A stretch of 64,000 bases of DNA. Origin: Sedimentisphaerales bacterium (GTDB lineage: Bacteria; Planctomycetota; Phycisphaerae; Sedimentisphaerales; SM23-30). Below the pieces are notes generated by a model, which searched no databases, was not told the origin of the DNA, and saw only the letters and a program-made list of their open reading frames with translations. The DNA is taken from assembly GCA_963663965.2 (NCBI GenBank), contig CAXXFK010000030.1, positions 192,001 through 256,000 on the forward strand, given 5' to 3'. Positions within the stretch are counted from its first letter, which is position 1. Each line of letters starts with the position of its first letter. Shown piece after piece: positions 37,576-48,536 of this stretch. The position numbers and the translations under genes are program-made.

Positions 37576-38100
37576 ATGAAGGAAAGAATCAATAAGCTCT
37601 ATTCCATGGTCCATTCCCAGACGGCCCGGTGGTGTGTGTTATGTGTGGGCTTGTGTTATGCCGGGTATCGACATCCAATTGATACCGATGATTTATGGTT
37701 TTTGAGCGGGTTAACGTTGGCGGTGGTTCTGGTTTGTGTCTTTTTAGTTCACAGCCGCTACTTTTATCGCCAACTGCTGGGGCTGGGTGTTATCGTGGCC
37801 GGATTTTGGATTCTCTCGGCGTCGACGATGGTTTCGGTGGAGGTGGTTAACGAGACGGGTAAGGAGCTGGAACTCTATCTGATGCGGCTGGGCCAATCCC
37901 GAACACGGCATTATGCGTTACCTGCCCAGGCAGATATTTCGATCCCGCTGGGAAACAGTGAATCCTCGGATCGGCTCAAACCCGGCAAGCGCTACTTCCT
38001 GCTGGCGCTCGATGCGGATGAGAATCCCTGTCTCAGCCAGATCGTCACTGACGCGATACTGGAGGAACCGGTGGTGATTAGAGATAATAGGCAAGAATGA
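37576..38100 (+). CDS. Hypothetical membrane protein
   Basis: Three TM helices followed by a V.N.TG Ig-like segment. Confidence 0.7.
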   Translation: MKERINKLYSMVHSQTARWCVLCVGLCYAGYRHPIDTDDLWFLSGLTLAVVLVCVFLVHSRYFYRQLLGLGVIVAGFWILSASTMVSVEVVNETGKELELYLMRLGQSRTRHYALPAQADISIPLGNSESSDRLKPGKRYFLLALDADENPCLSQIVTDAILEEPVVIRDNRQE

Positions 38101-38130
38101 AACGGATGGGCGATTGGAGAAGTGTCCTTA

Positions 38131-41100
38131 TCAGGTCAGCATGGCTTCCACCTGATTGGGCATACGGTTGTACAAGTCGATGATATCCTTGTCAGTCATT
38201 CCTTTGCAATTGATAACCTGTTTGGCGATGTTATAAATTATTGCCTTGACTTTATTATAGTTAGTAATATCCATTCGAGTCCAGGCCGGGTCATAGATCT
38301 CTTTTATCTGATTCACTTTCACTTTTTTGCCCAGGTGCCAGGCGTAATAATTATTCTTATCGTCATAAAACATCGATCCAACCGGTAAGCCAATACCATC
38401 GGCGAAACGGATATAATCTTCTTCATCACTTAACAGGGTCTTTAAGATGGCCAGACCCAGGTCTTTGCTGACCGAACCATTTAACACGCCGATATGCCAG
38501 TCGCCTTTGCAGCCTTTTCCAGGTAATGGACAAACCTTAAGCTTTCGAGATAACTCCGGGGTCTTGGAGATAATATCGCGAAGTTGTGAGTACCAATAGA
38601 TGTAGATGTCGGTTTTTATTTCATGTTGGGTGTATGGTTGCGGATTAGTGATATTATCGATATAGCCAATCCGCTCCATAACGCGACAAAAACAGAAAAA
38701 CTCTTTGTCGTGTTCACTGATTTTTTCTCTCAGGATTTTTTCATTCATTTTTTCCAGATTCTTACATGCTTTGACAACATCCAGTAATAAACACGACAAC
38801 GTTTCCGGAGCAACAGGATCAACCCGGATTACGATATTTCTATCATCTAAAAGGTTAAGCATGGTCTCCCATGATAAGAAATTATTTGACTCAAGGTTAA
38901 GTGTATGAGCGATCATGAGTACATTTTTGTAGTATGGATACAGTCCCCGCCTTATAATCTTCTGGTCATAATCATTCAAGTCCTTGTGGTTAAGAAAGAT
39001 CGTATTCTCATTGTGTTCGTTATCCGTGGCTTGATTACTGGTTGCGTATTTATACTTGATAAAATGGGATGCTTTTTCATTTTCTCCAACATAGAATTCA
39101 TCGACTGAACACAAAACGGTGTTTTCCAGCGGAGCATTTTTCTGCAAGATACTCAATGATTCGTGTTGAATACCCGAATCTCTGGGACCAAATTCCACCA
39201 GGTTTACATTAGGGATAATATGCTCAAAAAGATTGTCGGCCTGCTTGAGTGATCGAATAGGATCATTCGATATTCTGGATTTGCCGAATACGGATTTCAT
39301 AATAGTACTCAGGCGCTGATTGTATCTGGCATGGTTGTCGTTTTCTTTAAATAAAAATGCTGCAATCTCCGGGCGATGAATGGTGTTGCTGGAAAAGCCG
39401 ACCAGGCCATTGAGGTATTCCGTATTCAGAGTGAAAAAATGTTTTGAGTCTTGTTTATCTAATGAGAAAACTTCTTGTGCTATGGTTGGTTTTTGTTGAG
39501 AATCCTCAGGCGCATTATCGGGGTTAATGTCATGTATTTGGATGACAGCCGGAGTTGTTTCAATATCTTCATGCTGATCGCTGCGCATGCCGTCGCCTTG
39601 CACAATAATGTGCTTTTTCCCAAATACATCAATAAACCGGCATTTGATGACGGCGTCCGCGATGGAGACCGCCCGGTTAACCATGTCATTGCCGCTCTCG
39701 AACTCGCTGCGCGTGCCAATGATCACGGTGTTAATCCCGTGATTTCTCATGATCTGCGCGAACGCCGGAATAAATATCTCGCCGGAGGTTTTGCTCTTCT
39801 TCAAAAATGGATAAGCGCCGCCAATTTCACTGACATCATCCAGGATGACGCGCTTGACCTTTTTTCCTTCTGGAAACCGGATAATAATAGCCCTGATCAC
39901 ATTGATCAATTCTTCCGGCAATAAGGCGCCATTGCCAAAATCGATTTCGATTAAGGAGGAGTCAATATTTTTTTCTTCTGAAATAAAATTCCATTTGGTA
40001 ATCAAGGCTTTACTTCGGGTGACAATATTTTGCCACTCATGATTATTCGCCGCTATTTCTGGGAATCGCTCTTGATATAATTCTTCGGAGAGTATCAGGC
40101 TGTCGGGCCCTTCCAGCATCCGACTTTTGTGTAAACGTATCAGGAGCCCGGTTTCTCCACGGTGCAGGCCGTCCATTAGATAACACATGCCGATATTGGA
40201 TTTGAACGCGCCCCGATCGCCTTCAATCACGACCACGCTCCCGCGATTGAGATTTTTTCTGATAATCAACTGGCTGAATGTTTTCATCCCCCATGTCCAG
40301 CCGGTATCGTTTAATGGGTCGGGCTTATCGTATATTTTCTTTTCGGTCTGTTGAACAATATAGTGTAACGATGGATAGATAACCAGGCCATTACTGACAT
40401 GGGCTAGAATATTATTACTACCTTGATATATATGCGGGACTTTTCTGGATTCTTCCGGCTGTGAGCCGGTAGAATTTCTGGTGTTGGTATCCGTGGATGG
40501 ATCTGATGCCTCGTGCGGATATGAGAAGGTCTTCATCGGATGTTTGCCTTCTACATGTTTGGTATAGCGGGATTTATCAATCGAAAAATATTTCATTTTG
40601 TAGTTGTTGTCTTCTTCGATGCTCAACGAGATTTCGATGTCGGTAATGGTTGAATCATAGGGCACCAGGTTAGCCAGGGAAGATTCCACGACAAAGATGC
40701 CAATCGTTTTGTAACGTTTAAATAAATAGAACAGTTGATACAGCTGTTCTCGGGTGAGAGGATTATCGGAAAACATATTCAGACTATCGATGACGACCAG
40801 GGGAAACAACTGGCAATTCAGTTCCCAGGGCTCGATTATGGTTCCGTTCGAATTGATCGGCAGGCCGTTTTCATTGACAAATCGTGACTCAATATTGGCA
40901 GATTTAAAAGAGGTACTGCCCTTCAGAACACTGCCGGCCTCAAGTAAGAATTCCAATTGACGATAACGTTTCCAGAAGATATCGTCATTGCCCTCGTTTT
41001 GAATATATCGGGGCGATAACGAGGGCAATAGCACGCAGGCGTCTATCAGATCGTTTTGAGTGTTATGATTTTCAGGGCATTGGGTCATGGTTTTGTCGAG

Positions 41101-41571
41101 AAACGGGCAATTTTGAGGTTGGGTCAGGATACTTCTTAAAAAATTGGCATAATGTTGGGGACTTTCCAGCTGATCGACTGAATGTAAATGTTGCATCACC
41201 TTCATATATTGACGCCAGCCGTATTGTCCGGCTTTGGTTAACACTTCATGATGTGTGTTTTCCAGTGAAACATAAGCGGTTACGGCGCAATTACCTAATT
41301 TAACCGCCGCGGTCACCGCAAGTTGCAACGCCAGGGTTGACTTCCCGGCGGCCGGCGGCCCTTTAATAATGATATTGCCGGTTCCGGGATCATCATCGGC
41401 AGGAACGATCAGGGCGGGAATTTCATCTCTCTCTTTTTCCGGGATATCATCGCCTTCTTGCTGGATGGGTAACAATTGACAACTTTGATTCATTAAATGA
41501 TCGAATGGGAATCCCAGGCGAATTTTTACTTTTTTATTATTTTCACGATTTTTAGAATTTATTTTATTCAT
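38131..41571 (-). CDS. Tandem KaiC/RAD55-like ATPase fused to a C-terminal solute-binding-protein-like domain
   Basis: Walker A GPPAAGKS, YVSLE, Walker B VVIDSL, IDKSR; second domain GDRGAFKS/VILDD; C-terminal PYY.N..M, CPLPG, GDWHIGV...S, GLPV. ATG 41571 overlaps the HD gene end. Confidence 0.75.
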   Translation of the reverse strand: MNKINSKNRENNKKVKIRLGFPFDHLMNQSCQLLPIQQEGDDIPEKERDEIPALIVPADDDPGTGNIIIKGPPAAGKSTLALQLAVTAAVKLGNCAVTAYVSLENTHHEVLTKAGQYGWRQYMKVMQHLHSVDQLESPQHYANFLRSILTQPQNCPFLDKTMTQCPENHNTQNDLIDACVLLPSLSPRYIQNEGNDDIFWKRYRQLEFLLEAGSVLKGSTSFKSANIESRFVNENGLPINSNGTIIEPWELNCQLFPLVVIDSLNMFSDNPLTREQLYQLFYLFKRYKTIGIFVVESSLANLVPYDSTITDIEISLSIEEDNNYKMKYFSIDKSRYTKHVEGKHPMKTFSYPHEASDPSTDTNTRNSTGSQPEESRKVPHIYQGSNNILAHVSNGLVIYPSLHYIVQQTEKKIYDKPDPLNDTGWTWGMKTFSQLIIRKNLNRGSVVVIEGDRGAFKSNIGMCYLMDGLHRGETGLLIRLHKSRMLEGPDSLILSEELYQERFPEIAANNHEWQNIVTRSKALITKWNFISEEKNIDSSLIEIDFGNGALLPEELINVIRAIIIRFPEGKKVKRVILDDVSEIGGAYPFLKKSKTSGEIFIPAFAQIMRNHGINTVIIGTRSEFESGNDMVNRAVSIADAVIKCRFIDVFGKKHIIVQGDGMRSDQHEDIETTPAVIQIHDINPDNAPEDSQQKPTIAQEVFSLDKQDSKHFFTLNTEYLNGLVGFSSNTIHRPEIAAFLFKENDNHARYNQRLSTIMKSVFGKSRISNDPIRSLKQADNLFEHIIPNVNLVEFGPRDSGIQHESLSILQKNAPLENTVLCSVDEFYVGENEKASHFIKYKYATSNQATDNEHNENTIFLNHKDLNDYDQKIIRRGLYPYYKNVLMIAHTLNLESNNFLSWETMLNLLDDRNIVIRVDPVAPETLSCLLLDVVKACKNLEKMNEKILREKISEHDKEFFCFCRVMERIGYIDNITNPQPYTQHEIKTDIYIYWYSQLRDIISKTPELSRKLKVCPLPGKGCKGDWHIGVLNGSVSKDLGLAILKTLLSDEEDYIRFADGIGLPVGSMFYDDKNNYYAWHLGKKVKVNQIKEIYDPAWTRMDITNYNKVKAIIYNIAKQVINCKGMTDKDIIDLYNRMPNQVEAMLT

Positions 41572-43072
41572 CAGATGGCAATCCAGTACTCTCAATGATA
41601 CCTGTTAATTTTTCAACATGCATAAAATCACATTTGGATTCTTGGCTGTCGACCGACCAGGACCAGGTATCGATGCCATCCCAGATCGGATTCAAGGTAA
41701 ATTCTTTATGTCTATTGTTCCAGTTCCTGGCAATCACCGCGATTCGTTTCACTGCGACTTTTACCCGAAAGACATCGATATCACCAATCATGCCCGCCAA
41801 CTCTTCATAGGTAAAGCGAGACATGCCAAAAACCTGGGTGCTTAACCGCCACATTCCTTCAGCTACCTCGCATAAATAGTGATGATGAAAGATCGGTTCG
41901 AAGCTTTCCCGGGCATCCCGATTGTATAGCGTTTCATTAATATCCAATAACCAGGCCGAGATATAGATGCCGAATTTGGCTAAATCTCTTCGAATGTCAT
42001 ATAACGTTTTGCCGCCCTTACCTATACGGCTGTCAATTTCCTTAAACAGCAATCCCAGAAGTAAGATGTTAATCGCGTCATAATTATTAAAGGGATAGTA
42101 GTTGCCATTTTTTTTTCTGAATTCACGTTTATTCTTTACAGGTAACACCGCTAATTTTAAAAAACCGATCTTAGCCCATAAGGCGTCATATTTCTCTTTC
42201 CCGTTACATTGGAAAAACGGTTTGACCGCCTTTTGAATATTACGGTCGAAATCATAGTCAAGTTCGCTCCTGAATTCCTTAGCATAATCCGGATTCCTGT
42301 TGAACGCTTTCTTAAATTGAGGCTTTAAGTCGTCCCATGGCTCATAACCCTTGTCCTGCTGGTCTTGATTAAGGATGATAACATAAGGAATTGGTTTGGT
42401 AGAATTTTTTTCAATATCTCTGGTTGAAAAAAGGGTTCTTAATAACTTTTTCATTGGATCAAAATAAACCCCTTTCACGCAGCGCCGGATAGCGGCGACG
42501 GGTCCATCCTCAGGCAGGTAATCGGGTATGACCCTTTGAAAGGTATTGTCCATGGTATCCGCCAGACAAAGAAGGGCGGCGATTAACAATTCCCTGATTT
42601 CTCCGTAGGGGGCGATGACCGTCGTGTATAATTCCTGTCTTGCCATGTTCCGATTATCATCGGATTCCGGGTCGTGATAATAACAGATTCTCCCCAGGCT
42701 GTCGGCGATTTCGGCATTGGGAATTCCCAGGTGAGCATACATTCGCTTGATAATATTTTTGCTGTTCGCGGCGTGTTCATTGCCGTTTTGGATGCGCCCA
42801 ATATCGTGTAACAAAACTGACAGTAACAACAAATAGATCTCGAATGGCTTTAAGAAATATTCAATGCCGTGATACTGTTCCATTGCCTCACAGATTTGAT
42901 CGAGATAGCCCTCGATATTTCTGAGATGCGGATAAGAATTATACGAACCGCTTTTGGTATTCAATGCGCTGAGCCAGTCATTTGTGGCGATTTTCCAGGC
43001 GGTTTGCAACCCTTCATAAAGATCCGGACAACTGTTTTTCAACTGTCTTGCTAAATACCCATCTGGCAGCAT
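41564..43072 (-). CDS. HD-domain phosphohydrolase (HD-CE-like N-terminus) with uncharacterised C-terminus
   Basis: HL.NI, LLHDIG, EHA..S, YHD, LCLAD.MD....R motifs. Confidence 0.75.
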   Translation of the reverse strand: MLPDGYLARQLKNSCPDLYEGLQTAWKIATNDWLSALNTKSGSYNSYPHLRNIEGYLDQICEAMEQYHGIEYFLKPFEIYLLLLSVLLHDIGRIQNGNEHAANSKNIIKRMYAHLGIPNAEIADSLGRICYYHDPESDDNRNMARQELYTTVIAPYGEIRELLIAALLCLADTMDNTFQRVIPDYLPEDGPVAAIRRCVKGVYFDPMKKLLRTLFSTRDIEKNSTKPIPYVIILNQDQQDKGYEPWDDLKPQFKKAFNRNPDYAKEFRSELDYDFDRNIQKAVKPFFQCNGKEKYDALWAKIGFLKLAVLPVKNKREFRKKNGNYYPFNNYDAINILLLGLLFKEIDSRIGKGGKTLYDIRRDLAKFGIYISAWLLDINETLYNRDARESFEPIFHHHYLCEVAEGMWRLSTQVFGMSRFTYEELAGMIGDIDVFRVKVAVKRIAVIARNWNNRHKEFTLNPIWDGIDTWSWSVDSQESKCDFMHVEKLTGIIESTGLPSDE

Positions 43073-43530
43073 AATACCCTCATTTTCCTATTTGAAACTG
43101 TGGGGAAAAATAAATCATCTGTGTAAATAAAACCTTAAGTGCTTAATCATAGAATTTCTTGAAATCGTAAATCAACATAAAAATATTTTATTTCGGTCTT
43201 TTTTGATAAGGTCATTGTTTTGGCTTTTGGGAAATTTCGTTCTATAACCCGCCATGGATGGGCGGCCCAGATATTTCTGTTGCCCCAGCCGGCCCGATAC
43301 GAAGCCCATTAGCCATTTTCATGTGGTGGCGAGTCACCCCGGCCATTGAATCCAAACGAAGCCAATGGTTCGTTTTTGGCTCGTAATTCACGCCCCGTCA
43401 GTAGGATAGCCCGGTTGTCCTGAATCGGATTTTGTTCCGGTCCAACTGGATTCTGGTGGCGGCGGCTTGACCGGTCTGGGCGGATCTTTTATAATTACCT
43501 GTCTGATTTTCAATTGAAAGGATTCACTGA

Positions 43531-43728
43531 ATGAAATTGATACTGAATGGCGAAGACCGTGAACTGGCCGAGGGCCTGACGGTGGACGCCTTGATAACTG
43601 AGCTGGGAATACAGCCGCCTTACGCGGTCGAAATCAATCATAAGGTCTGCCCGAAGAAACTGCATCCGGATACCGTTCTCAAAGAGGGCGATCGGGTGGA
43701 AGTCGTGACCATTGTGGGCGGCGGTTAA
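43531..43728 (+). CDS. thiS: Sulfur carrier protein ThiS
   Basis: [22 protein letters not shown]-terminus; upstream of thiG. Confidence 0.95.
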   Translation: MKLILNGEDRELAEGLTVDALITELGIQPPYAVEINHKVCPKKLHPDTVLKEGDRVEVVTIVGGG

Positions 43729-43763
43729 GACGAGACAACATTTCAAAGACAGGAAGGCACATA

Positions 43764-44558
43764 ATGGTAATCACAGATAAACCGCTCCAATTGGGGCCCT
43801 ACCAGTTTAACAGCCGGCTCTTTGTGGGGACCGGCAAATACGCCACCTTCGAAATCATGCAGGAGGCGCTGGCCGAAAGCGGCTGCGAAGTAGTGACCGT
43901 CGCGGTGCGGCGGGAACGGCTGTTCGATAAGCAGGACCGGAATATCCTGGATTTTCTCGACCGGGATAAATATACCCTGCTGCCCAATACCGCCGGCTGC
44001 TTCAGCGCAGACGATGCGGTGCGCTGCGCCATGCTGGGCCGCGAGCTGCTGGAAACCGAATGGGTCAAACTGGAAGTACTGGCCGATACCAAAACCCTGC
44101 TGCCCGATCCGCTGGGCACGCTCCAGGCCACCGAGCAACTGGTCAAAGAAGGATTTACCGTGCTGGTCTATACCAATGACGATCCGGTCATGGCCAAGAA
44201 GCTGGAAGACGTTGGCGCGACCAGTGTGATGCCGGCCGCCGCGCCGATTGGATCGGGCCAGGGCGTTTTGAATCCGAATAATATCCGGATCATTCTCGAA
44301 CGGGCCAGTGTGCCGATTATCGTGGATGCCGGAGTGGGAACTGCCAGCGATGTGGTGGTGGCGATGGAACTGGGGGCCGAAGGTGTTCTGCTGAATACCG
44401 GGGTCGCCTGCGCCCAGGATCCGGTGCGGATGGCGCGCGCGATGAAACACGCGATCAGCGCCGGGCGCGACGCCTATCTTTCCGGCCGCATCCCGCGCAA
44501 ACTCTATGCCACGGCCTCTTCTCCGGTTGAGGGCACCATTGCGTCCAGTACCAGATAA
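43764..44558 (+). CDS. thiG: Thiazole synthase
   Basis: SRL.VGTGKY, LPNTAGC, WVKLEV, PIGSGQG, DAGVG.ASD...AMELG. Confidence 0.97.
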   Translation: MVITDKPLQLGPYQFNSRLFVGTGKYATFEIMQEALAESGCEVVTVAVRRERLFDKQDRNILDFLDRDKYTLLPNTAGCFSADDAVRCAMLGRELLETEWVKLEVLADTKTLLPDPLGTLQATEQLVKEGFTVLVYTNDDPVMAKKLEDVGATSVMPAAAPIGSGQGVLNPNNIRIILERASVPIIVDAGVGTASDVVVAMELGAEGVLLNTGVACAQDPVRMARAMKHAISAGRDAYLSGRIPRKLYATASSPVEGTIASSTR

Positions 44559-46641
44559 TCCAGACGAGATTCCCTTCGACGACGATGAGGAGATCATCGA
44601 GCGCCGGTTCGATCCGGCCGCCTTTCTGGGGCCTTCCGGCCCGATCGCGGCCCGGATGAACAGCTACGAGGTCCGTGACGAACAGATCGAGATGACCCGC
44701 GCGGTGGCCAGGGCGTTTCTGGGTAACCATCATCTGGTCGTCGAAGCCGGGACCGGTGTGGGCAAAAGCTTTGCCTATCTGGCGGCCGCGCTCAGTCGGC
44801 TGGACGCGGGGGATAACTGTAAAATCGTAATCAGCACCCATACGATCGCCCTGCAGGAGCAGCTGCTGAAAAAGGATATTCCCTTTGTCAAGAATGTCAG
44901 CGGCCATCCGTTTGTGGCGGTGCTGGTAAAAGGGCGAGGTAATTATCTTTGTCGCAGACGGTTGGAAACGGCGATCCGGTCCGGGCCGGACCTGTTCGAC
45001 ACCACCGGTTCGGCAGAAATGCTGGATAATATTTTACGCTGGGCCAGAGAAACTCCCGATGGCTCGCTCAGCGCGCTGGGCTTTCGTCCGCCGCGCGATA
45101 TCTGGGAATCGATCTGCTGCGAAAACGGGTCCTGTACCGGCCGGCAGTGCAAATATTTTGAAGAGTGTTTCTATCAGCTGGCCCGGCGGCGTATGTTTGG
45201 CGCGGATATCCTGGTGGCCAATCACGCGCTGCTGTTTTCCGATCTGGCCCTGCGTCAGCAAAACGCGAAACTGTTGCCCAGATACGATTATATTATTCTG
45301 GATGAGGCGCACAATACCGAACAGGTCGCCGGCGATCATTTCGGTTTGCGGTTGAATAACACCCAGGTGCAATATATGCTCAACCGGTTGTATAACAGCA
45401 AGACCCACAAAGGCTTGCTGGCCCGTCACCACGCCGGGGAGACCCTGGATCTGATCGACCAGGTTTATCATGCCAGTGAAGCGTTTTATGATGAAGTGGT
45501 GCAGTTTAACGACAGTCGCGAATTGAGCGGCCAGAATACCCGGATCAGCGAACCGGACCAGTTTGCCAATGTGCTCAGTATGCCGTTGATGAGACTGGGC
45601 GAGCATCTGAATATGCTGGCGAAGGATGCCGAGGATGAAGCCTTTAAGCTGGAGCTGGGCTCGTATGTTGAGCGTTGCGGCCTGTTCGCCGGCGCGGTCA
45701 ACGACTTCATCCGGCTGGGATTCGAAGAGTATGTCTACTGGACCGAGGCGAGTAAACGGCGCTGGGGCCATTTCGCGTCGATCTGCGCTTCGCCGCTCGA
45801 TGTCGGCCCGTTGCTGCAGGAGGCGTTGTTCAAACCGATGAAGGCGGTTATTATGACCAGCGCCACATTGAGTATCAAAACCCGGCATGATAAAAAGGAT
45901 AAGACCACAAACGGTGAGAGAGAGAATCCGTCTAAAATTACCGGATTTGAATTCTTCGCGCACCGGATCGGTCTGGAACAGTATCAGCCATTGCTGCTGG
46001 GTTCACCGTTTGATTATCGCAATCAGACCCGGGTTCTGATCGAATCGTATTTACCCGAACAGAAACCCGGCGATGACAGTTTTCTGGATCAGGCGATTGA
46101 AGCGGTGGAAAAATACCTGACGATTACCCATGGCAAGGCGTTTCTGCTCTTTACCAGTTTCGGCCAGTTGCGGGTGTTTGCCCGGCGGCTGGAGCCCTTC
46201 TGCCGGGATCGGCATATTACCCTGCTGGAACACAGCCATACCGTGGACCGGACCCAGCTGCTGGAGCAGTTTAAGAATGATACCGACAGCATTTTGCTGG
46301 GTACCGACAGTTTCTGGCAGGGGGTGGATGTACCGGGCCAGAGCTTGAGTTGCGTGATTATCGTCAAGCTGCCTTTTGCCGTGCCGGACCATCCGCTCTT
46401 GCAGGCGCGGCTGGAAAAAATCCGTACCGATGGCGGCAATCCGTTTATGGAGTATCAGGTGCCGGAGGCGATCATTAAATTCAAACAGGGTTTCGGCCGT
46501 TTGATCCGCAGCCGCACCGATAAAGGGATCGTCGTTGTTCTGGATCCGCGCATTATCAAAAAACACTACGGCCATGCCTTCCTGGAAGCCCTGCCCGATT
46601 GCCCGATACAGATTGTGCATTCCGCGGACGATGAGATTTAG
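44539..46641 (+). CDS. DinG/YoaA-family ATP-dependent DNA helicase
   Basis: [17 protein letters not shown], Fe-S cysteines, [30 protein letters not shown] 44539 start inferred. Confidence 0.92.
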   Translation: MRPVPDNPDEIPFDDDEEIIERRFDPAAFLGPSGPIAARMNSYEVRDEQIEMTRAVARAFLGNHHLVVEAGTGVGKSFAYLAAALSRLDAGDNCKIVISTHTIALQEQLLKKDIPFVKNVSGHPFVAVLVKGRGNYLCRRRLETAIRSGPDLFDTTGSAEMLDNILRWARETPDGSLSALGFRPPRDIWESICCENGSCTGRQCKYFEECFYQLARRRMFGADILVANHALLFSDLALRQQNAKLLPRYDYIILDEAHNTEQVAGDHFGLRLNNTQVQYMLNRLYNSKTHKGLLARHHAGETLDLIDQVYHASEAFYDEVVQFNDSRELSGQNTRISEPDQFANVLSMPLMRLGEHLNMLAKDAEDEAFKLELGSYVERCGLFAGAVNDFIRLGFEEYVYWTEASKRRWGHFASICASPLDVGPLLQEALFKPMKAVIMTSATLSIKTRHDKKDKTTNGERENPSKITGFEFFAHRIGLEQYQPLLLGSPFDYRNQTRVLIESYLPEQKPGDDSFLDQAIEAVEKYLTITHGKAFLLFTSFGQLRVFARRLEPFCRDRHITLLEHSHTVDRTQLLEQFKNDTDSILLGTDSFWQGVDVPGQSLSCVIIVKLPFAVPDHPLLQARLEKIRTDGGNPFMEYQVPEAIIKFKQGFGRLIRSRTDKGIVVVLDPRIIKKHYGHAFLEALPDCPIQIVHSADDEI

Positions 46642-46670
46642 CGTGGTTGAAAAGCAGATCAGCCAGACAA

Positions 46671-46698
46671 AAGAAAAAGGCCTGCACCTGGCAGGCCT
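46671..46698 (-). terminator. Terminator of the SPFH gene
   Basis: AGGCCTGC...GCAGGCCT with a T-run on the minus strand. Confidence 0.7.
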
Positions 46699-46728
46699 CG
46701 TCGGATATAGAAAAGAAAGGTTTTGTCA

Positions 46729-47670
46729 TCAAGTTGTTTCGGTCTGTTTGATTACGGTCGTGGCGGATTTGATCATCCCGGCGATATCGGAGAGGTCGGT
46801 TGGAATGATAATGGTATTATTGGTTTTGGCCAGGTTGCCGAATTCGGAAATGTATTGTTCGGCCACCCGCAGATTCACAGCCTGCATGCCGCCTTTTTCA
46901 TTGATACTCTCGGCAATCTTGCGAATACCTTCGGCGGTCGCTTCGGCCACTTTACGGATTTCCTGGGCGCGGCCGTCCGCTTCGTTGATGCGTTTTTGTT
47001 TTTCACCTTCGGACTTGGCGATCATTTCCTGACGATCACCTTCGGCGCGGTTGATTTTGGCCTGGCGGTCACCTTCCGATTCGGCGATCATGGCGCGTTT
47101 TTCGCGTTCGGCCTTCATCTGTTTTTCCATCGCTTCCTTGATGCTGATGGGCGGCACGATATTTTTTACTTCGTAACGGGTGACTTTGACGCCCCAGGGA
47201 TCGGATGCTTTATCTACAGCCGCGACAATGTGGCTGTTGATACTGTCGCGCTCTTCAAAGGTCTTGTCGAGTTCCAGTTTACCCATGACCGAACGCATGG
47301 TGGTTTGGGCCAGCTGGGTGGCGGCGAATTTATACTGGTTGATGCCGTACGAGGCATTTTTAGGATCGACCACCTGCATGTATAAGATGCCATCCACCTC
47401 GACAGAGATATTGTCTTTGGTGATACAGGTCTGAGGTGGCACATCGACCGCCTGTTCTTTAAGGGAATGACGATAGGAGACCTTGTCAATAAAAGGCACC
47501 AGCACATGCAATCCGGCCTCCAGGGTACGGGAATATTTACCGAGTCGTTCGACAATGTATGCTTGTTTTTGAGGGACGATACGAATCGAGGTAAAGAACA
47601 GGGCAATCAGGATTACAACGATTATACCCAGTACAATGGTCCACGGATCGATTTCAGCTAAGAAGGTCAT
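46729..47670 (-). CDS. SPFH/stomatin-like (QmcA/paraslipin) protein
   Basis: IVPQ..AYIVERLGKY, ITKDN..VEVDG, QTTMRS..G, QMKAEREKRA.I..SEG. Confidence 0.93.
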   Translation of the reverse strand: MTFLAEIDPWTIVLGIIVVILIALFFTSIRIVPQKQAYIVERLGKYSRTLEAGLHVLVPFIDKVSYRHSLKEQAVDVPPQTCITKDNISVEVDGILYMQVVDPKNASYGINQYKFAATQLAQTTMRSVMGKLELDKTFEERDSINSHIVAAVDKASDPWGVKVTRYEVKNIVPPISIKEAMEKQMKAEREKRAMIAESEGDRQAKINRAEGDRQEMIAKSEGEKQKRINEADGRAQEIRKVAEATAEGIRKIAESINEKGGMQAVNLRVAEQYISEFGNLAKTNNTIIIPTDLSDIAGMIKSATTVIKQTETT

Positions 47671-47730
47671 GTTATCTCCTTTTTATTTAAGGTTAATTAA
47701 TTACGATCCCGCTTGTCGGTCTTGCGGGAA

Positions 47731-48198
47731 TTACAGGGGCCTGACGGTGAAAGTGAGGTTATTCTGGCTGACAATTTCCACGGTCGCACCGGCTTCTATG
47801 ATTACATCCGCTTCCGCTTCCCAATTGGAGCCATGCAGTTCCACTTTGCCGGTCAGGTTAGGTTCTATGCGTGTGATGACTACGGCTTTTTTGCCAATAT
47901 TATCTGTCAGGTTTGTTTCTCCGGTTTGACTGGTGGGAGTGAAACCGGTAAAGATCGTTTTCAGCCAGCCTCGCAACAGCAGCAGCAGAGAAACAGAGGT
48001 AATGATAAAAATTACCAGCTGGCTGTTGATCGAGATATCCCAGATCCGGCAGGCCACTCCTACAATCAGAGCCCCCAGCCCGAAAAAGATAACCAGTAAG
48101 CCCGGTATGATCAGTTCCAGGAAAATCAATACCAGCCCGATGATAATCCAGAGTATATCCGGCTTCAAAAAACTATCCAGGGTAAGTTCCGCTAGCAT
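47731..48198 (-). CDS. NfeD-like C-terminal partner protein
   Basis: W...GL.L...EL..PG, IGK.A.V, G.V...G..W.A; upstream of the SPFH gene. Confidence 0.9.
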   Translation of the reverse strand: MLAELTLDSFLKPDILWIIIGLVLIFLELIIPGLLVIFFGLGALIVGVACRIWDISINSQLVIFIITSVSLLLLLRGWLKTIFTGFTPTSQTGETNLTDNIGKKAVVITRIEPNLTGKVELHGSNWEAEADVIIEAGATVEIVSQNNLTFTVRPL

Positions 48199-48460
48199 TT
48201 TTTGCTCCTGATTTAAGGTTTTTTTATCCTGAGTCCAGATAAGATTATCGGAACACAGCGGTTATTTAATTCAAAACTTACTATTTTGTTAGTCGTAAAA
48301 TGAAGCCATTATTTCAAAAATCCAATTACGCTTTCAGCTTGATATTAATAAATACCCGGTTTAACTGGCTGAAAAATAAGGTCTTAATTGGCAGTACCGC
48401 CGGAGATGGATTTTTTAGAAGTGACCTTAAGACTGTCAAATAACCCTGTCGAATAGAGAG

Positions 48461-48501
48461 ATAAAAAAAGCGTTACCTTTGTTCGCAACAACAGATAACG
48501 C
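48461..48501 (-). terminator. Terminator of the LysM gene
   Basis: GCGTTA...TAACGC stem with a T-run on the minus strand. Confidence 0.55.
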
Positions 48502-48536
48502 GGTATTATATCAGCTAGCAAAAGCAGTCAGTTTGA

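Noticed and set aside
14515..38100. Classical integron (IntI plus attC array)
   Set aside because: XerD lacks the IntI-specific insertion, and the repeats do not form convincing RYYYAAC...GTTRRRY attC hairpins; they match the RAYT flanks instead.
38131..41571. Circadian clock KaiC
   Set aside because: Much longer and divergent, with a degenerate second domain, an extra C-terminal domain and no kaiA/kaiB nearby.
43073..43530. TPP riboswitch upstream of thiS-thiG
   Set aside because: The conserved CTGAGA and ACCTGA...TAATGCC..CG.AGG elements were not found.
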